A stretch of DNA of 64,000 bases from Somniosus microcephalus (lineage: Eukaryota), in contig CM126224.1 in assembly GCA_052327205.1 (NCBI GenBank), positions 18,042,001-18,106,000 on the forward strand. The letters run 5' to 3'. Both the position numbers and the translations under genes were made by a program. Under the pieces are notes generated by a model. It saw only the letters and a program-made list of their open reading frames with translations, had not been told where the DNA came from and did not search any database. Of this stretch, positions 61,047 through 64,000 are shown in pieces (the stretch's first letter is position 1; the number at the start of each line of letters is the position of its first letter).

Positions 61047-63860
61047 ATGGCAGGGCTGGAAGGCATTTATTTTAATGCAAGGAGTCTTGCAAATAAGGTG
61101 GATGAACTGAAGTTGTTGTTGAACACATGGGAGTACGATATTGTTGCTATCACGGAGACATGGTTGAGGGAGGGTCAGGACTGGCAGCTCAATATTCCGG
61201 GGTATAGAATCTTCAGGCGAGACAGAGGGGGGTGTAAAAGGGGAGGGGGTGTTGCAATATTAATTAAGGAGTCAATTACTGCTGTAAGGAGGGATGATAT
61301 ATTAGCGGGTTCCTCTAATGAGGCCATATGGGTAGAACTTAAAAACAAAAAGGGGGCAAGCACTTTGCTGGGAGTGTACTATAGGCCCCCAAACAGTCAG
61401 GGGGAGATAGAGGAACAGATATGTAGGCAAATCTCAGAAAAGTGCGAAAATAATAGGGTAATAATAGTGGGGGATTTCAACTTCCCCAATATAAATTGGG
61501 ATAGTCAGAGTGTGAAAGGCTTAGAGGGTGCAGAATTCTTAAAGTGCATCCAGGAGAGCTTTTTGAGCCAACATGTAGAAAGTCCTACAAGAGAGGGGGC
61601 GGTACTGGACCTAATTCTGGGGAATGTAGCCGGGCAAGTGGTGGAAGTGTCAGTAGGAGAGCATTTTGGCGACAGTGACCACAATTCGGTGAGATTTAAG
61701 GTGGTCATGGAAAAAGACAAAGACGGCCCGGAAATAAGGGTTCTAAATTGGGGGAAGGCCGATTTTAATATGATAAGGCAGGATCTGGCCAAATTGGACT
61801 GGGAGCAGCTACTTATAGGAAAATCCGCATCAAAACAGTGGGAGACTTTCAGAAGGGAAATAGAGAGAGTACAACGCCAACATGTTCCTGTAAAGGTCAA
61901 GGGTGGGACCAACAAGGAAAGGGAACCTTGGATGACAAGGGATATACAAAAATGCATTAGAAATAAAAGGGGGGCTTTTGGCAGTTACAAAAGACTAAAG
62001 ACGGAAGAAGCCCTAGAGGAGTATAAAAAATGCAGGGGCATACTTAAAAAAGAAATTAGGAGGGCGAGGAGGGGCCATGAAATAACACTGGCGAGCAAAA
62101 TAAAGGAAAATCCCAAGATGTTTTATAAGTATATTAAGGGCAAGAGGATAACCAGGGAAAGGGTAGGGCCCATTAGGGACCAAAGTGGCAATCTGTGTGT
62201 AGAGCCAGATGATGTAGGCGGGGTTTTAAATGAATTTTTTGCATCTGTGTTCACTATGGAGAAAGACGATGCAGACATAGAAATCGGGCAAGGGGGCTGT
62301 GACATAATTGAACATATTAGCATCGAGAGGGAGGAGGTGCTAGCGGTTTTAGCAGGCCAAAAAGTGGATAAATCCCCAGGCCCGGCCGAGATGTATCCCA
62401 GGCTGCTGTGGGAGGCAAAGGAGGAGATTGCAGGGGCTCTGACACAAATTTTCAGAACCTCTCTGGCCACAGGGGATGTACCAGAGGACTGGAGAACAGC
62501 TAACGTAGTACCATTATTCAAGAAGGGTAGCAGGGATAAACCAGGGAATTACAGGCCAGTGAGCCTAACATCTGTGGTAGGGAAATTATTGGAAAAAATT
62601 CTGAGGGACAAAATTAGTCTCCACTTGGAGAGGCAAGGATTAATCGGGGATAGTCAGCATGGCTTTGTCAAGGGTAAATCATGTCTGACAAATCTGATTG
62701 AATTTTTCGAGGGGGTGACTAGGGGGGTGGATGAGGGAAATGCTGTGGATGTGGTTTACATGGACTTCAGTAAAGCTTTTGACAAAGTCCCGCATAGGAG
62801 ACTGGTCAAGAAGGTAAGAGCCCATGGGATCCAGGGTGCCTTGGCGCGTTGGATCCTAAACTGGCTGAGTGGCAGGAGGCAGAGGGTGATGGTCGAAGGT
62901 TGCTTTTGTGACTGGAAGCCTGTGTCCAGTGGGGTACCTCAGGGGTCAGTGCTGGGTCCCTTGTTGTTTGTGATCTACATAAATGATTTGGATGAGAATG
63001 TAAAAGGTATGATCAGTAAGTTCGCAGATGACACGAAAATTGGTGGGGTGGTAAATTGCGAGGAGGAAAGCCTCAGGCTACAGGACGATATAAACGGGTT
63101 GGTCAGATGGGCGGAAAAGTGGCAAATGGAATTTAACCCTGAAAAGTGCGAGGTGATGCATTTTGGACGGACAAATAAGGCAAGGGAATACACAATGAGT
63201 GGTAGGACCCTAGGAAGTACAGAGGGTCAGAGGGACCTTGGTGTACATGTACATAGATCCCTGAAGGCAGCGGAACAGGTAGATAAGGTGGTTAAAAAGG
63301 CATATGGGATACTTGCCTTCATTAGCCGAGGCATAGAATATAAGAGCAGGGAGGTTATGATGGAGCTGTACAAAACGCTGGTGAGGCCACAGCTGGAGTA
63401 CTGTGTGCAGTTCTGGTCGCCTCACTATAGGAAGGATGTGATTGCTTTGGAGAGGGTGCAGAGAAGATTCACCAGGATGTTACCTGGGATGGAGCGCCTC
63501 AGCTATGAAGAGAGGCTGGACAGGCTGGGGTTGTTTTCCTTGGAGCAAAGAAGGCTGAGGGGGGACCTGATTGAGGTGTACAAAATGATGAGGGGCATAG
63601 ATAGGGTAGACAAAGAGGAACTTTTCCCCTTAGTAGGGGGGTCAATAACAAGGGGGCATAGATTCAGGGTAAGGGGCAGGAGATTTAGAGGGGATTTGAG
63701 GAGGAACTTTTTCACCCAGAGGGTGGTTGGAATGTGGAACTCAATGCCTGAAAGGGTGGTAGAGGCAGGAACCCTCACAACATTCAAGCAGCATTTGGAT
63801 GAGCACTTGAAATGCCATTGCATACAAGGCTATGGACCAAATGCTGGAAAATGGGATTAG
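61047..63860 (+). CDS. CR1 ORF2p: APE endonuclease plus reverse transcriptase (frame open from 60900; first ATG 61047)
   Basis: NARSL, ITETW, YYRPP, GDFN and SDH (APE); [22 protein letters not shown] and KFADD (RT); no internal stops. Confidence 0.95.
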   Translation: MAGLEGIYFNARSLANKVDELKLLLNTWEYDIVAITETWLREGQDWQLNIPGYRIFRRDRGGCKRGGGVAILIKESITAVRRDDILAGSSNEAIWVELKNKKGASTLLGVYYRPPNSQGEIEEQICRQISEKCENNRVIIVGDFNFPNINWDSQSVKGLEGAEFLKCIQESFLSQHVESPTREGAVLDLILGNVAGQVVEVSVGEHFGDSDHNSVRFKVVMEKDKDGPEIRVLNWGKADFNMIRQDLAKLDWEQLLIGKSASKQWETFRREIERVQRQHVPVKVKGGTNKEREPWMTRDIQKCIRNKRGAFGSYKRLKTEEALEEYKKCRGILKKEIRRARRGHEITLASKIKENPKMFYKYIKGKRITRERVGPIRDQSGNLCVEPDDVGGVLNEFFASVFTMEKDDADIEIGQGGCDIIEHISIEREEVLAVLAGQKVDKSPGPAEMYPRLLWEAKEEIAGALTQIFRTSLATGDVPEDWRTANVVPLFKKGSRDKPGNYRPVSLTSVVGKLLEKILRDKISLHLERQGLIGDSQHGFVKGKSCLTNLIEFFEGVTRGVDEGNAVDVVYMDFSKAFDKVPHRRLVKKVRAHGIQGALARWILNWLSGRRQRVMVEGCFCDWKPVSSGVPQGSVLGPLLFVIYINDLDENVKGMISKFADDTKIGGVVNCEEESLRLQDDINGLVRWAEKWQMEFNPEKCEVMHFGRTNKAREYTMSGRTLGSTEGQRDLGVHVHRSLKAAEQVDKVVKKAYGILAFISRGIEYKSREVMMELYKTLVRPQLEYCVQFWSPHYRKDVIALERVQRRFTRMLPGMERLSYEERLDRLGLFSLEQRRLRGDLIEVYKMMRGIDRVDKEELFPLVGGSITRGHRFRVRGRRFRGDLRRNFFTQRVVGMWNSMPERVVEAGTLTTFKQHLDEHLKCHCIQGYGPNAGKWD

Positions 63861-64000
63861 ACTGGACAGGGATGGATGGGCGGCGCAGACACGATGGGCC
63901 GAAGGGCCTCTTTCTGTGCTGTAAAACTCTATGACTCTAATGTTAAAACATACGGAGCTTTTGAGCTCCGTATCTAGCAACAAACAACTTCTAAACAGTC

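Larger units (their letters stand above)
59561..63939 (+). mobile_element. Full-length CR1-clade LINE with open ORF1 and ORF2
   Basis: GC-rich 5' UTR with tandem 90-bp units, then ORF1, ORF2, 3' UTR and an ACTCTATG-type tail (..ctgtaaaactctatgactcta). Both junctions interrupt a MITE. Confidence 0.95.
59499..64000. mobile_element. MITE copy 6, split by the full-length CR1 (left part 59499-59565, resumes at 63937 and runs off the window)
   Basis: Left TIR TA|CAGGAAACTTTGTGCTATCCGG; the two junction halves ccagcg and ctaatgttaaaacatacggagctt are contiguous in copy 3 (26521-26550). Confidence 0.88.

Overview
Vertebrate genomic DNA, most likely a cartilaginous fish (inferred from the shark-type CR1, DeuSINE and Penelope-like repeats). 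The window holds the complete coding region of senataxin (SETX) on the minus strand. I traced 24 GT-AG coding exons by hand from ATG 53712 to TGA 3081; they total 8475 nt (about 2824 aa) and include a 4599-nt exon and all SF1B helicase motifs. The introns and upstream region contain many repeats: a full-length CR1 LINE with both ORFs open (59561-63939), older CR1, L2, RTE and Penelope-like copies, three DeuSINE-type SINEs and six copies of a TA-flanked pogo/Tc1-mariner-type MITE. The leading candidate for a new system is the CR1 ORF1/ORF2 junction. There ORF1 ends on an in-frame U UUA AAC slippery heptamer followed by UAA, ORF2 is open in the -1 frame across it, and a second divergent CR1 subfamily in the window has the same heptamer, suggesting -1 ribosomal frameshifting. 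Other leads are 90-bp 5' monomers on the CR1, RFX-like palindromes in the MITEs, Penelope-derived hairpins with hammerhead-like cores, an A-to-G-biased duplicated CR1 3' UTR, a frameshifting tandem splice donor and candidate short motifs in SETX. No alignments or database searches were run; family names and human comparisons are from recall.
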